Numbered from the stretch's first letter, positions 1-9,757 are shown. The stretch: 36,878 bases of DNA from an uncultured Gammaproteobacteria bacterium (GCA_964624955.1 CAZUZF010000003.1:1-36878), one strand, 5' to 3'. Notes: generated by a model not told the origin, from the letters alone. Translations and numbers: made by a program.

Positions 1-72
1 CAATATGCATCTCTTGATCCCGGCATATCTCCCATTGGAGTTGAACAAACAGGGCAAGGTTGAGTTCTTAAA

Positions 73-747
73 TTATTTCTTTGTTTTCTTTTCCTCATTT
101 ATACTTTCAATAATATCAATTATTTCCAAAAGGTTATCAATCTTTTTGAAAGCAAGTTTCTCAAGTTTTGGATCTTTTGTCTTATACAAAACTCCTCTTT
201 TTGTAAACTTAAATGCATCCATATCATTATATGCGTCTCCTATAAAAAGAGAGTCTTGTGGGAATATGTTCAACATCTTGCATAAAGATTTAATTTCAAC
301 AACCTTTGCTTTGGGATCTTCATCTACGCACTTAAATTTAACAAACATATCATTTTTATCAAACACAACGGTAATATTTGCCCTCCAATATTTTATGCCA
401 AAGTGTCTAGCTACTTTTGAAACATAATCCTTTGAACCGCTTGAGATAATGGCAATTTCAATTCCTTTATTTTTAAGATATTCAACAAGAGCTTTTCCAT
501 CTTTATTGATAGTGTAGTTTTTAAAATCCAAAATCTCGTAATATGTTTTTCTATTTAAACCACCCTTTTTGTAATAGTCTTCAATATTTTTGTTCCACTG
601 ATCAAATGAAAGCTTATTATCGTAATAATCTAGATACCATTTAAGATCTAGACCTGCCGGCAAAGCTACTGCTTTTGCTATTTTTGCCCAGGGGTTTCCA
701 AAAAGAAGTATTCCATCGCAGTCAAAAAAGACAATCTTTACTTTCAT
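73..747 (-). CDS. HAD-superfamily hydrolase, subfamily IB (phosphoserine-phosphatase-like)
   Basis: 224-aa ORF with HAD motif I FFDCDG (DxDG), motif II IISSGS and motif IV GDAYNDMDAF. Its ATG overlaps the TGA of the upstream GT-C gene (ATGA). Confidence 0.75.
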   Translation of the reverse strand: MKVKIVFFDCDGILLFGNPWAKIAKAVALPAGLDLKWYLDYYDNKLSFDQWNKNIEDYYKKGGLNRKTYYEILDFKNYTINKDGKALVEYLKNKGIEIAIISSGSKDYVSKVARHFGIKYWRANITVVFDKNDMFVKFKCVDEDPKAKVVEIKSLCKMLNIFPQDSLFIGDAYNDMDAFKFTKRGVLYKTKDPKLEKLAFKKIDNLLEIIDIIESINEEKKTKK

Positions 748-2333
748 TCTCCTTTATAATGTACCAGCTTATATACCTTTACAACCGACACATTCCAACT
801 ATCCTCAATTTCTGCTCTTCCAAAGCCTGCAATCTCCCATAAAGAATTTCCAAGTGGTTCGCAGGGTACGCTTTCGCAGACAATAAAAAGCTGGTCAGTA
901 ACGGACTTCCTTTGGGGATCTGCTCCTTCATATTGTATTGTAGTTGGAGGATGATTCCAGATTGTAAAGAAATATCTATAAGCATGATCGCTGTTTCCCC
1001 CAGTTATAATTGCAAAATTAAAAGGCTTTGCATTTGTTTTTGTCATAACAAAATCAGCTATTGTTCTCATCTGGTTTAGTTGCCTGTTTGGTTCATACTT
1101 AAAAGGAATCCCGTAAAGATTTAAGGTTAAAATAATTAGAAAAATTAACATGGCTAAATACTTTGAAAAGTTTTTTAAATATTTTTTATTCTCCCAAATA
1201 AAATTTAAAGTCAGGCCTACCAATATAAAGGGAAGGGGGAACATAAAGGCAAAATAGTAATCATAGATATCTTTTTTGTAAAAGCCAAAAAGTAAAATTC
1301 CAAAGCTTAACCAAAAGAACAAAAGTGAATATTTATAGAAACTATCGTTTTTTTGCCTAAGTGATTTATAAAAATAAAAACCTAGGATAATTACTGAAGA
1401 CAAGGCAATAACTAAAACAAAGGCAATCCATGTATTTAAAACAAGATTACTGTGCCAGAAAAACTGCTCTTTGGGTGGAAAGGTAAAAATAAGTCTTCCA
1501 AACAGTCTAAAAAATACATCAAAGACTGTTACAAAAAAATTGCCATTTGCTCCAGTATTACCTGAAGTTAGTAAAAATGCGGTTATGCTTTTAAAATCCA
1601 AAAACCCGTGCCTAAATTCAAACGCCAAAAACGGTGACCAGCCAATTATAAATCCTATAAAAACGCTTATATATCTTTTAATAAGATCTCTTATTGAATC
1701 TTTATTTAAACTTTTAAATAATGTTGTAAATAAAACATAGAAAAAAATTACAGCTGACAGGAAAAGTGCAAGGTAATGAAGCTGCATTGCAATTCCTAAA
1801 AGTATTCCACTAACAAAAAACAGTTTCAGACTTTTTTTCTGCAATGCCTCAAAGACAGTAAGCAGTGTTAAAAGCGAGAAAAAAGGCAAAGGATTAGGAT
1901 TCCAGGAAGATCTGGAATAGGCTATAACCAAAGGAGAAACTGCGTATAAAAGGGATGCAAAAATTGCAACTTTTTTTCCAAAAAATCTATTTGCTACAAA
2001 ATAAATTAAGAATACTGTTGAGATTCCAAATAAGGCAACCATAACAGCAGGACCCACAGGGTCATAGTTAAATAAAAACAGAAATGGAGCCATGAAATAA
2101 TAATAAATGGGGCCAAGGAAAAATCCTCCAACCGAGGATGTTGGCCCCAAGAGTGTTAGTTTGCCGTGTAAAATATTATAGACAACCAACACATCTCTTC
2201 CCTCATCTCCTAAAAATGTCATGTAATCGCCAATTCTATATAGCCTTAAAAAAGAAGCAAATAAGATAATTGCAATTAGAATTAGGCCATCAAAGGTTTT
2301 TAAGTAGTTGAAAATTGATAAAACTTTCTTCAT
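744..2333 (-). CDS. Polytopic GT-C fold glycosyltransferase (GT39/PMT_2 or ArnT-like; polyprenyl-phosphate-sugar dependent)
   Basis: 529-aa ORF with about 12 hydrophobic segments. It has an acidic first-loop motif, FLGDEGRD, right after TM1, as in PMT/ArnT-type enzymes, and a soluble C-terminal domain of about 100 aa. It is translationally coupled to the GT2-GtrA gene upstream. Confidence 0.7.
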   Translation of the reverse strand: MKKVLSIFNYLKTFDGLILIAIILFASFLRLYRIGDYMTFLGDEGRDVLVVYNILHGKLTLLGPTSSVGGFFLGPIYYYFMAPFLFLFNYDPVGPAVMVALFGISTVFLIYFVANRFFGKKVAIFASLLYAVSPLVIAYSRSSWNPNPLPFFSLLTLLTVFEALQKKSLKLFFVSGILLGIAMQLHYLALFLSAVIFFYVLFTTLFKSLNKDSIRDLIKRYISVFIGFIIGWSPFLAFEFRHGFLDFKSITAFLLTSGNTGANGNFFVTVFDVFFRLFGRLIFTFPPKEQFFWHSNLVLNTWIAFVLVIALSSVIILGFYFYKSLRQKNDSFYKYSLLFFWLSFGILLFGFYKKDIYDYYFAFMFPLPFILVGLTLNFIWENKKYLKNFSKYLAMLIFLIILTLNLYGIPFKYEPNRQLNQMRTIADFVMTKTNAKPFNFAIITGGNSDHAYRYFFTIWNHPPTTIQYEGADPQRKSVTDQLFIVCESVPCEPLGNSLWEIAGFGRAEIEDSWNVSVVKVYKLVHYKGE

Positions 2334-3460
2334 TTATGAGGTTTTTTGCGCCAGATTACAAATCTATACATCGTAAAATTATAGATAAGAAGTACTCCTG
2401 TTGCTAAGACAAAATAGATATAAGGAAGAGGAAATTCCCTACCAAATAATATTTCCCCAAGCTGGATAAGTCCTGATTGGATGAAAAATACTCCTGTATT
2501 TGAAGTTGCAAAAAAAGCTGCCATTTTTTTAAGGTAGGAAAAAGGAGTGCTCGATTTTTCTTTTTTAAATGTCCAAAGGTTATTTAAATTGTAATTGGAA
2601 AAAATTGCAAGCTGGGCTGATATTTGATTGGAAACTCCCAATGGAAAATTTGTAGAACTGACCAAAAGTCTATAGACAATTAATTGCAAGAAAAAGCCTA
2701 TTCCACCAACTACCAGAAATTTTCCAAATGAGCCATAAATTATTCTTACCGTAATAACAAAGATTAGTGTTCTTATAATCGTTTCAATTCCTGGAATTTT
2801 TGATTTTCCTCTTGTTCTGTCTTTTGCATTAAAGGGAACTTCCGCAACTTTAAAGCCATCCTTAACTGCGTTATATAAAAATCCTACCTGAAAGGTATAA
2901 CCTGTAAACTTATCAAGTTTTTCCTTTTCTTTTAAAAACACTTCTTTTTTTATTGCCCTGTATCCCCCCGTCCAATCATGTATCCCTTTTACCCCAAACA
3001 ATAATTTTATAAATAAATTTCCATAGACTGACATTATTTTTCTATGAATCCCCCAATCGGCTGGTATTGATCCTCCCTGGCTGTATCTTGTACCTACCAC
3101 AAAATCAAACCCTTGATCAATTTTTTCTAGAAACTGGGGAATTTTATTAGGATCATGGAAAAGGTCAGCATCCATTTCAAACATTACATCAGCATTCAAA
3201 TTTTGTATTGCATAACTCATTCCCCTCAAATATGCTGCTCCAAGACCTTTCTTTTTGCCAATAGAGATGTCAATATTGTCGTATTTTTTCATGTATTCCC
3301 TTACAATATTTTCTGTTCCATCTGGAGAGCTATCATCAGCAACCAAAATGGACATTTTGTGGTTTTTAATTTTGGGGAAAATATCGTTTTCTAAGATTTC
3401 TATTAAGCGTTCAATATTTCCTTCTTCATTGTATGTGGGAATAACAATAACTACGTTCAT
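2330..3460 (-). CDS. Polyprenyl-phosphate sugar synthase (Dpm1/Ppm1/GtrB-like GT2 domain) fused to a C-terminal GtrA-like 4-TM domain
   Basis: 376 aa. The N terminus VIVIPTYNEEGNI...VADDSSPDGT...EMDADL is a GT2 (DPM synthase-like) signature. The C-terminal ~130 aa, FLVVGGIGFFLQLIVYRLLV..., has four TM helices typical of GtrA. Confidence 0.8.
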   Translation of the reverse strand: MNVVIVIPTYNEEGNIERLIEILENDIFPKIKNHKMSILVADDSSPDGTENIVREYMKKYDNIDISIGKKKGLGAAYLRGMSYAIQNLNADVMFEMDADLFHDPNKIPQFLEKIDQGFDFVVGTRYSQGGSIPADWGIHRKIMSVYGNLFIKLLFGVKGIHDWTGGYRAIKKEVFLKEKEKLDKFTGYTFQVGFLYNAVKDGFKVAEVPFNAKDRTRGKSKIPGIETIIRTLIFVITVRIIYGSFGKFLVVGGIGFFLQLIVYRLLVSSTNFPLGVSNQISAQLAIFSNYNLNNLWTFKKEKSSTPFSYLKKMAAFFATSNTGVFFIQSGLIQLGEILFGREFPLPYIYFVLATGVLLIYNFTMYRFVIWRKKPHK

Positions 3461-3473
3461 CTATATAATTAAA

Positions 3474-4427
3474 TCATAAACCCTTAAAATATTCTATTGT
3501 GTCAGATAAACCTTCCTTAAGTCCTATTTTTGGAGACCAGTTTAAAAGCCTTTTGGCTTTGTCTATATCAGGTTTTCTCTGATGGGGATCATCCAAAGGC
3601 AAACTTTCGGATAGAATAATTTCAGATTTAGAATTGGTTAGTTTTTTAATAAAGCTAGCATATTCTAAAACAGAGTGTTCATCTTCAGATCCTAAATTTA
3701 CAACCTCACCTTTTGTGTTTTTTTCAAACATTAGTTTTACAAGACCTTCTACCATATCCTGTATAAAACAAAGCGATCTTGTCTGATTTCCGTCACCAAA
3801 AACTGTTAAAGGCTTTCCTTCTAATGCTTGTAATATAAACTGAACAATCATTCTTTTGTCTTCTTTCATCATGCCGGGACCATAGGTATTAAAAATCCTG
3901 GCAATCCGTCCATCTACATCCTTAACCCTCACAAAATAGGAAACAATTGTCTCACCAAACCTTTTTGATTCATCATAGACAGAACGGGGTCCTGTTGTTG
4001 AAACATTTCCCCTGTATTCCTCCGTTTGGGGATTTTCCAGGGGATCTCCGTATACTTCAGACGTTGAGGCAAACAAAAACTTGGCGTTATTTTTTAATGC
4101 AAAATTTAAAAGTTCAAAAGTGCCTAGTGTATTTGCTCTCATTGTTTCTAAAGGAAAAGCATGGTAGCTAATTTTGCTATGGTGATTTGGGGAAGCAGGA
4201 GATGCGAGGTGAAACATATAGTCTGCTTTTACACTGTCTGAAAGAGGCTTAGTAATATCATGCTTGATAAAGCTAAAATTATCGTTTTTTAATAGCTTTT
4301 CAATATTTTTAGGACTACTTGATATGAAATTATCTACACAAATTACCTTAAAGTTTTTAGATAAAAGGTATTTACAAAGATGTGTACCAATAAAACCAGC
4401 GCCACCGGCAACCAAGCAAGTTTCCAT
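3474..4427 (-). CDS. uxs: UDP-glucuronate decarboxylase (UDP-xylose synthase), extended SDR
   Basis: 317 aa that align over the full length in my reading with UXS1. Shared segments are GGAGFIGTHL, HLASPASP, ASTSEVYGDP, YDESKRFGE, ARIFNTYGP and DDPHQRKPDI. Confidence 0.85.
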   Translation of the reverse strand: METCLVAGGAGFIGTHLCKYLLSKNFKVICVDNFISSSPKNIEKLLKNDNFSFIKHDITKPLSDSVKADYMFHLASPASPNHHSKISYHAFPLETMRANTLGTFELLNFALKNNAKFLFASTSEVYGDPLENPQTEEYRGNVSTTGPRSVYDESKRFGETIVSYFVRVKDVDGRIARIFNTYGPGMMKEDKRMIVQFILQALEGKPLTVFGDGNQTRSLCFIQDMVEGLVKLMFEKNTKGEVVNLGSEDEHSVLEYASFIKKLTNSKSEIILSESLPLDDPHQRKPDIDKAKRLLNWSPKIGLKEGLSDTIEYFKGL

Positions 4428-4507
4428 ATTCTATACTCAATTGTAGCTTAAAATCGCTCTTGTGAAAAGGATGAGTTTTTGCTAAAGTAAAGTAAAAGAT
4501 TTATTAC

Positions 4508-5515
4508 ATGAAAAAGGCACTTATCATTGGAGTATCATCACAGGATGGCTCATACCTTGCGGAATTACTACTGGACAAAGGTTACGACGTCACAGGAACT
4601 GTAAGGCATACTACAAACTTCTATCAGGAAAATATTACTCACTTATATGGAAAAATAGGTATTGAGGCAGCAGATTTAATAGATATTGAAAGCATTGCAA
4701 GCGCTGTTAGAAAAAGCAAACCTGACGAAGTCTATAACATTGCAGCTCAAAGCATCCCTGCTGACAGCTGGACCCATCCTTTTTATACGGGTGAGGTAAC
4801 AGCATTAGGTCCTGTTAGAACCATGGAAGCAGTTAGGCATTTTGCTTCAAATGCCAAATTTTACCAGGCAACGAGTAGAGAAATCTATGGAAATATAGAG
4901 GCAGATACTGCAACCGAAGGGATAGCTTGCGATGCAAACAATCCTTACGGTATTGCCAAAGCCTATGCCTATATGATGACAAGATGTTATAGGCAATCTT
5001 ATGGCATGTTTGCCTGCGGAGGAATTCTTTTTAACCATGAGAGCCCAAGAAGAAGTTTGCATTTTGTAACCAGAAAAATAACGGCTGCTGTTGCCTGTAT
5101 TAAAAACGGGGTTAAAAATCTTCCTTTAAATGAACTTGGAGAACCATTGGTAGATGGTAGGGGAAAATTGCATCTTGGAAACCTGGATTCAAAAAGGGAC
5201 TGGGGATACGCAAAGGATTATGTGGAGGCAATGTGGCTTATGCTGCAAAACCCAACTCCTAAAGACTATGTTATCGGAACAAATAAGACATATTCCGTAA
5301 GGGAGGCTTGTAAGATTGCTTTTGAATACGTAGGTCTTAACTGGGAAGACCATGTTGTGTCAAATGAAAAACTATTCAGACCAACTGAAATTAAAGAATT
5401 AAAGGGAGATTACTCCCTTGCCAAAAAAGAATTGGGCTGGGAACCAAAAACATCATTTGAGCAGCTTTTGAAAATAATGGTAGAAGCAGATCTTGAACGT
5501 TTTAAAATGCACTAG
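4508..5515 (+). CDS. gmd: GDP-mannose 4,6-dehydratase
   Basis: 335 aa with SSQDGSYLAELLLDKGYDVTG, NPYGIAKAYAY and GILFNHESPRRSLHFVTRKIT, all hallmark Gmd motifs. Confidence 0.9.
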   Translation: MKKALIIGVSSQDGSYLAELLLDKGYDVTGTVRHTTNFYQENITHLYGKIGIEAADLIDIESIASAVRKSKPDEVYNIAAQSIPADSWTHPFYTGEVTALGPVRTMEAVRHFASNAKFYQATSREIYGNIEADTATEGIACDANNPYGIAKAYAYMMTRCYRQSYGMFACGGILFNHESPRRSLHFVTRKITAAVACIKNGVKNLPLNELGEPLVDGRGKLHLGNLDSKRDWGYAKDYVEAMWLMLQNPTPKDYVIGTNKTYSVREACKIAFEYVGLNWEDHVVSNEKLFRPTEIKELKGDYSLAKKELGWEPKTSFEQLLKIMVEADLERFKMH

Positions 5516-5537
5516 CTTTAAAAATTAGCTTTAAAGC

Positions 5538-6494
5538 TTAAACATTCTTTCTCCAATATTCTAGAATTTCTTTTAAGCTTTGTTCTATTGGTATTTGCGG
5601 CTTCCAACCAGTTAAAGTAGTTACTTTTCTATTATCACATAAAAGCTCTGGGTTATCGCTTGGGCGAAGTAAGGCTTTGTCAACCTCAACCTTAATTTTT
5701 GCATCTGAAAATGAAAGAAGTATATCTAAAACTTCAGATATTTTATATGATTTGCCTGAACCAATATTATAGACTTCCCCTGCCCTTCCTTTTTCCATTA
5801 GAAGAGTATAGGCTTTAACCATATCTTTTACGTTTGTAAAGTCTCTTTTTGCTTCTAAATTACCAACTGTTAAAATTGGCTCTCTTTTGCCTTTTTCTAT
5901 TTCAGCTATTTTTTTGGCAAAGGCGCTGGTTGCAAATTGGGCTGATTGACCCGGTCCTATATGATTAAAGGGCCTTGCTCTTATAATATTTAAGTTGTAG
6001 GAAAGGTGATATTGAAGGCCCATATAATCTTGGGCTATTTTTGAAGTAGCATAGGGGCTTGCAGGTTTAAGTGGGGTGTTTTCATCTATGGGAAGATCTT
6101 TGGGGCCAACTATTCCATAAACTTCGGCAGATGAAATAATCATTATTTTTGGATTTAATCCTACTTTCCTTACAGCTTCAAAAAGATTCAGCTGAGAAAC
6201 AATATTATTTGTTATCACAAGTGAGGGCTCTTCAAAACTTTGCGCAGCAGAGGCAAGGGCAGCTAAATGGTAAATTTCGTTAGGACTAGTTTTTGCTACC
6301 ACTTCAAAAACCCTTTGACTGTCCATTAAATCAAGTTGGTAGAGTTCAAGGCTTTGGGAAATGTCTGAAATTAGATCTTGATGTTTTTGGCTATGAAAAG
6401 TTCCCATTACTTTAACATCTTTTAAGTTTAGGAGAGAATGCGCAAGATAACTTCCTGCAAATCCGGAAATACCTGTAATTAAAATCTTTTTCAT
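5538..6494 (-). CDS. rmd: GDP-4-dehydro-6-deoxy-D-mannose reductase-like SDR (Rmd-like)
   Basis: 318 aa with ITGISGFAGSYL, SPYATSKIAQDY and RPFNHIGPGQ, which resemble Rmd. It is convergent with gmd. The exact sugar specificity cannot be proven from sequence. Confidence 0.65.
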   Translation of the reverse strand: MKKILITGISGFAGSYLAHSLLNLKDVKVMGTFHSQKHQDLISDISQSLELYQLDLMDSQRVFEVVAKTSPNEIYHLAALASAAQSFEEPSLVITNNIVSQLNLFEAVRKVGLNPKIMIISSAEVYGIVGPKDLPIDENTPLKPASPYATSKIAQDYMGLQYHLSYNLNIIRARPFNHIGPGQSAQFATSAFAKKIAEIEKGKREPILTVGNLEAKRDFTNVKDMVKAYTLLMEKGRAGEVYNIGSGKSYKISEVLDILLSFSDAKIKVEVDKALLRPSDNPELLCDNRKVTTLTGWKPQIPIEQSLKEILEYWRKNV

Positions 6495-7786
6495 TATCTG
6501 CCAACACCCTGATACGTTATATCAAGTCTTGCAACCTCCAAAGGATTATAAATATTTCTTCCATCTAAAATTACTGGGTTTTTCATTACATCTTTTATTT
6601 TTGACAAATCCAGTTGCTTAAACTCGTTCCATTCTGTAAGAACAATCAAAAGGTCAGACTCTTTTGCTGCGGAATAGGAATCCTCACAAAACTCAATGCC
6701 GCTAAAGATTTTCTTGGCATTTGCCATTGCAATTGGGTCATACGCTTTAATTTTTGCACCCATTTTTTTCAAATCGTTAATTATAGGGATTGATGGGGCG
6801 TCTCGCATATCATCAGTATTGGGTTTGAAAGAAAGACCAAGTACTGCAATTGTTTTCCCTCTAACATTGTCTTTTAAAAGCTTCTTTGCTTTTTTGACAA
6901 TATCATCCATTGCCTGCCTATTTATTTCATCAACTGCTTTAAGAAGAGAAAAATCATAACCATAGGAATTGGCAATTGAAATTAGGGCTTTGACGTCTTT
7001 TGGAAAACAACTGCCCCCGTATCCGGCGCCTGGAGATAGAAACTGACTGCCAATTCTATTATCAAGTCCTACTCCTTCCAATACTTTTATACCATCGGCA
7101 CTAGATAATTCACTAAGTTTTGCTATTGCGTTTGCAAAAGATATTTTTGTTGAAAGAAATGCATTGGCTGCATATTTAATCATTTCTGCTGTTTCAATAT
7201 TTGATAAAACATAGTTTCCGTCAATTGGTTCATGAAGCTCTATAAGAATACTTTGGGCTTTTTGGCTTTCTGTTCCAATGACAATTCTATCCGGATGTAG
7301 TGTGTCTGAAATTGCCTGACCCTCTCTTAAAAATTCAGGAACAGATGCTACATCAAATTCAGCTTTTTCAGGTTTTACTTTTTCAATAATCTCTTTTGTT
7401 TTTTTGTAAGTACCAACAGGGACTGTGCTTTTGGTTACAACAACCGTATATCCATCAAGATGTTTTCCAAGTTTTTCTGCCACTTCAAAAACAACAGAAA
7501 GATCTGCTTGCCCATTATCTTTGGGAGGAGTTCCAACTGCAATAAAAACCACTTTTGAGGCGGCAATTGCTTGGTCGTAATCAAGGGTAAATAAAAGTCT
7601 TTTGGCAGAAACATTTCTTTGGACAATTTCAGAAAGTCCTGGTTCGTAGATTGGGATTATTCCTTTTTTAAGATTTTCTATTTTTTCAGGGGTATGCCCA
7701 ATTACCCAAACTGTATTACCCAAATCTGCAAAAACAGCTGCGGTAACAAGACCAACATATCCATGCCCTATAAAAGTTATTGTCAT
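6494..7786 (-). CDS. ugd: UDP-glucose 6-dehydrogenase
   Basis: 430 aa with an N-terminal Rossmann segment ITFIGHGYVGLVTAAVFADLG and the catalytic segment GYGGSCFPKD. Confidence 0.9.
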   Translation of the reverse strand: MTITFIGHGYVGLVTAAVFADLGNTVWVIGHTPEKIENLKKGIIPIYEPGLSEIVQRNVSAKRLLFTLDYDQAIAASKVVFIAVGTPPKDNGQADLSVVFEVAEKLGKHLDGYTVVVTKSTVPVGTYKKTKEIIEKVKPEKAEFDVASVPEFLREGQAISDTLHPDRIVIGTESQKAQSILIELHEPIDGNYVLSNIETAEMIKYAANAFLSTKISFANAIAKLSELSSADGIKVLEGVGLDNRIGSQFLSPGAGYGGSCFPKDVKALISIANSYGYDFSLLKAVDEINRQAMDDIVKKAKKLLKDNVRGKTIAVLGLSFKPNTDDMRDAPSIPIINDLKKMGAKIKAYDPIAMANAKKIFSGIEFCEDSYSAAKESDLLIVLTEWNEFKQLDLSKIKDVMKNPVILDGRNIYNPLEVARLDITYQGVGR

Positions 7787-8652
7787 AATTGTGTCTTTAT
7801 AATACTCAGTCCTTCTTCAAATGTATGCATTACTACTCCGAGCTGTCTTATTTTAGCATTGTTCAAAGCCGATGAAAAGGGTTCAGGAGGACGGCCAACC
7901 AAAAACTCTTTCCTTGTAGTCTTTCCTATAAGACTTTCATCTAAATTAAATGCTTTGGCAATTAAAATAGCGGCATCATAAACACTAACTATTTGACTTC
8001 CTACTGTATGATACAAACCTAAAGCGTTTTTTTCTATTAAGATGTCAAGAGCATTGGCCAAATCATCTATAAATGTTGGGCTAATAAGCCTATCAGTAAG
8101 TACTAAAATTGGTTTTTTTTCAGTTAACCATTGCCTAAAAAACCTTACAAAATCAGGTTTTTCAAAAGAAGCTCTATAAGGATATGCCGTTCTGGCAATA
8201 ATCCACGGTGTTGACATGCTTTGGACAATTTTTTCCGCTTCGTATTTTGTAATTGCATAAAAACTAAGTGGGTTTGGCTTTGCACCTTCGCTAAACCCGC
8301 CTTCCGGCATTTTGTCACCGCCTAAAAGCATGTCTGTTGAGAAATGAATAAGTTTTTTGTTTGTTACGCTGCACGCCTTTGTGACGTTTTGCGTACCGAG
8401 TACATTTATTCTCCAACAAATGCTTTTGTCCTTCAATCCTTTTTCTTTCTCTGCTTCCTTTACATCAGTATAGGCTGCCAAATGTAAAACTAGTTTACCG
8501 TCAAACTTGGAGACTGCATTTAAGACTTGCTCGTAGTTTGTAATATCAACACCTGTTGACCTGCTTAAATTTTGGAAGGTATATTTATCTTTTAGAAGAT
8601 CTATTATTCTTGAGCCAATTAAACCGTTTAAGCCTGTTCCAAGTATTTTCAT
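7783..8652 (-). CDS. rfbD: dTDP-4-dehydrorhamnose reductase-like SDR
   Basis: 289 aa with GTGLNGLIGSRI, HLAAYTDV, STD and YAITKYEAE, an RmlD-like layout. It overlaps ugd by 4 nt. Confidence 0.7.
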   Translation of the reverse strand: MKILGTGLNGLIGSRIIDLLKDKYTFQNLSRSTGVDITNYEQVLNAVSKFDGKLVLHLAAYTDVKEAEKEKGLKDKSICWRINVLGTQNVTKACSVTNKKLIHFSTDMLLGGDKMPEGGFSEGAKPNPLSFYAITKYEAEKIVQSMSTPWIIARTAYPYRASFEKPDFVRFFRQWLTEKKPILVLTDRLISPTFIDDLANALDILIEKNALGLYHTVGSQIVSVYDAAILIAKAFNLDESLIGKTTRKEFLVGRPPEPFSSALNNAKIRQLGVVMHTFEEGLSIIKTQL

Positions 8653-8669
8653 AAAGATTTTGGCAGTAT

Positions 8670-9689
8670 TTAAAAACCAAGGTCACCAAATTGTTTGTTG
8701 TAGTAGTCTTTAAATTCTCCTGATTTTATTTTTTTCCACCAATCGGCATTTTCCTTGTACCAGTCTATTGTAATTTTCAAAGCATCATCAAGATTGTGTT
8801 TTGGCTCCCAGCCAAGTTCTCTGTTAATTTTGCTCCAATCAATGTCATACTTTCTATCATTTCCGGGTCTATCGGCAACCATTTGGATTAGATCTTCAGG
8901 TTTTCCCATAATTGAAAGGATTTTTTTGACAATCTCAAGATTTGACATACCGCTTTTTAATCCCCCTACCAAATATGTTTCGCCAATTTTTCCTTTTTGT
9001 AAGATTAACTCAATTGCAGATATATGATCTTCAACAAACAACCAATCCCTCTCATTTTTACCATCACCGTGTATTGGGATTTTTTTGCCTTCCATTGCAT
9101 TGGTTATGGCAAGGGGAATGAGTTTCTCGGGATACATTGCGGGACCAAAATTGTTAGAGCAGTTGCTGATTGTAATTGGCAAATTATATGTATAAAAATA
9201 CGCTCTAACTAAATGGTCTGACCCTGCCTTTGTTGCAGAATATGGACTTCGTGGATTGTATCTTGTATCTTCGTTAAACTGGTTTTTATTACCAATTTCC
9301 AAGGTCCCAAAGACTTCATCGGTTGACGTGTGATGGAAGTGCTTTATGTTATTTCTCTTTGCAACCTCTAAGAGAGTGTAAGTCCCAACCAAATTTGACT
9401 GGATAAATGGCCATGGATCTATTATTGATCTGTCAACATGCGTTTCTGCGGCAAAATGAACAACAGTATCAACGCCTTGCATAACTTTTTCAACTAGTGG
9501 CATATCCGTAATATCGCCTTTAACAAACTGGTGTCTTGGGCTGTCTATGACTTGTTTGAGATTAACCATGCTTCCTGCGTAGGTGAGGTTATCAATATTA
9601 ATGATATTATCGTCTGGGTGGTTTTTGATCCAATAATTAATAAAATGGGAACCAATAAATCCTGCTCCGCCAGTGACCAATAGCTTCAT
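8670..9689 (-). CDS. rfbB: dTDP-glucose 4,6-dehydratase
   Basis: Motifs LLVTGGAGFIGSHF, TDEVFG and YSATKAGSDHLVRAY. I place the start at Met23 of the track ORF (MKLLVTGG). The 22-aa extension has no homology-like character and would abut rfbC. Confidence 0.88.
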   Translation of the reverse strand: MKLLVTGGAGFIGSHFINYWIKNHPDDNIINIDNLTYAGSMVNLKQVIDSPRHQFVKGDITDMPLVEKVMQGVDTVVHFAAETHVDRSIIDPWPFIQSNLVGTYTLLEVAKRNNIKHFHHTSTDEVFGTLEIGNKNQFNEDTRYNPRSPYSATKAGSDHLVRAYFYTYNLPITISNCSNNFGPAMYPEKLIPLAITNAMEGKKIPIHGDGKNERDWLFVEDHISAIELILQKGKIGETYLVGGLKSGMSNLEIVKKILSIMGKPEDLIQMVADRPGNDRKYDIDWSKINRELGWEPKHNLDDALKITIDWYKENADWWKKIKSGEFKDYYNKQFGDLGF

Positions 9690-9743
9690 ATTTACTTTTC
9701 TAATCTTACCATGTATTGTTTGTAAACTCAACTTAAATTGTGC

Positions 9744-9749
9744 TATATT
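9744..9749 (+). promoter_or_regulatory. Candidate -10 box (TGcTATATT, extended -10) 8 nt upstream of the rfbC ATG, with no Shine-Dalgarno
   Basis: Sequence tgtgcTATATTagccatatATG. The spacing implies a leaderless or near-leaderless transcript. Confidence 0.35.
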
Positions 9750-9757
9750 AGCCATAT

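Noticed and set aside
1-72. A possible 5' end of another minus-strand gene (ATG at 33-35, MGDMPGSRDAY...) running off the left edge.
   Set aside because: Only 11 codons are visible, with no SD and no recognisable motif, so it cannot be supported.
5-427. A 140-aa plus-strand ORF. About 40 other 60-170 aa ORFs in the track also lie antisense to, or out of frame within, the large minus-strand genes (for example 1471-1740, 3155-3479, 15025-15261, 17746-18052, 30255-30643, 36311-36761).
   Set aside because: Each is fully embedded in a longer ORF with clear family motifs. Their translations are low-complexity (F/L/I/S-rich, or G/V-rich opposite the PT repeat), as expected for shadow frames in AT-rich DNA. 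None has its own SD or intergenic space.
4508-5515. gmd as a horizontally acquired insert. It is the only plus-strand gene inside the glycan locus, and my sampled lines give about 42% GC against about 33-35% in flanking genes.
   Set aside because: Highly conserved enzymes often run GC-richer in AT-rich genomes. My GC estimate rests on a few 60-nt samples, and there are no flanking repeats or mobility genes. This is not enough for an HGT claim.
5513-5540. A direct repeat TAGCTTTAAA x2 (5513-5522 and 5526-5535) and the 12-bp palindrome AGCTTTAAAGCT between the convergent gmd and rmd stops.
   Set aside because: The sequence is very AT-rich with at most 3-4 stable base pairs as a hairpin, so it is a poor terminator. 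The element is short and could arise by chance in this composition.
9690-9755. N-terminal extensions of track ORFs: rfbB (22 aa, MANIAQF...), the 21399 gene (22 aa, 21780-21845) and the MGMT gene (6 aa, 22619-22636).
   Set aside because: The extensions precede the conserved N termini (MKLLVTGGAG for rfbB) and would consume the divergent promoter regions. Internal Met starts give canonical protein lengths.
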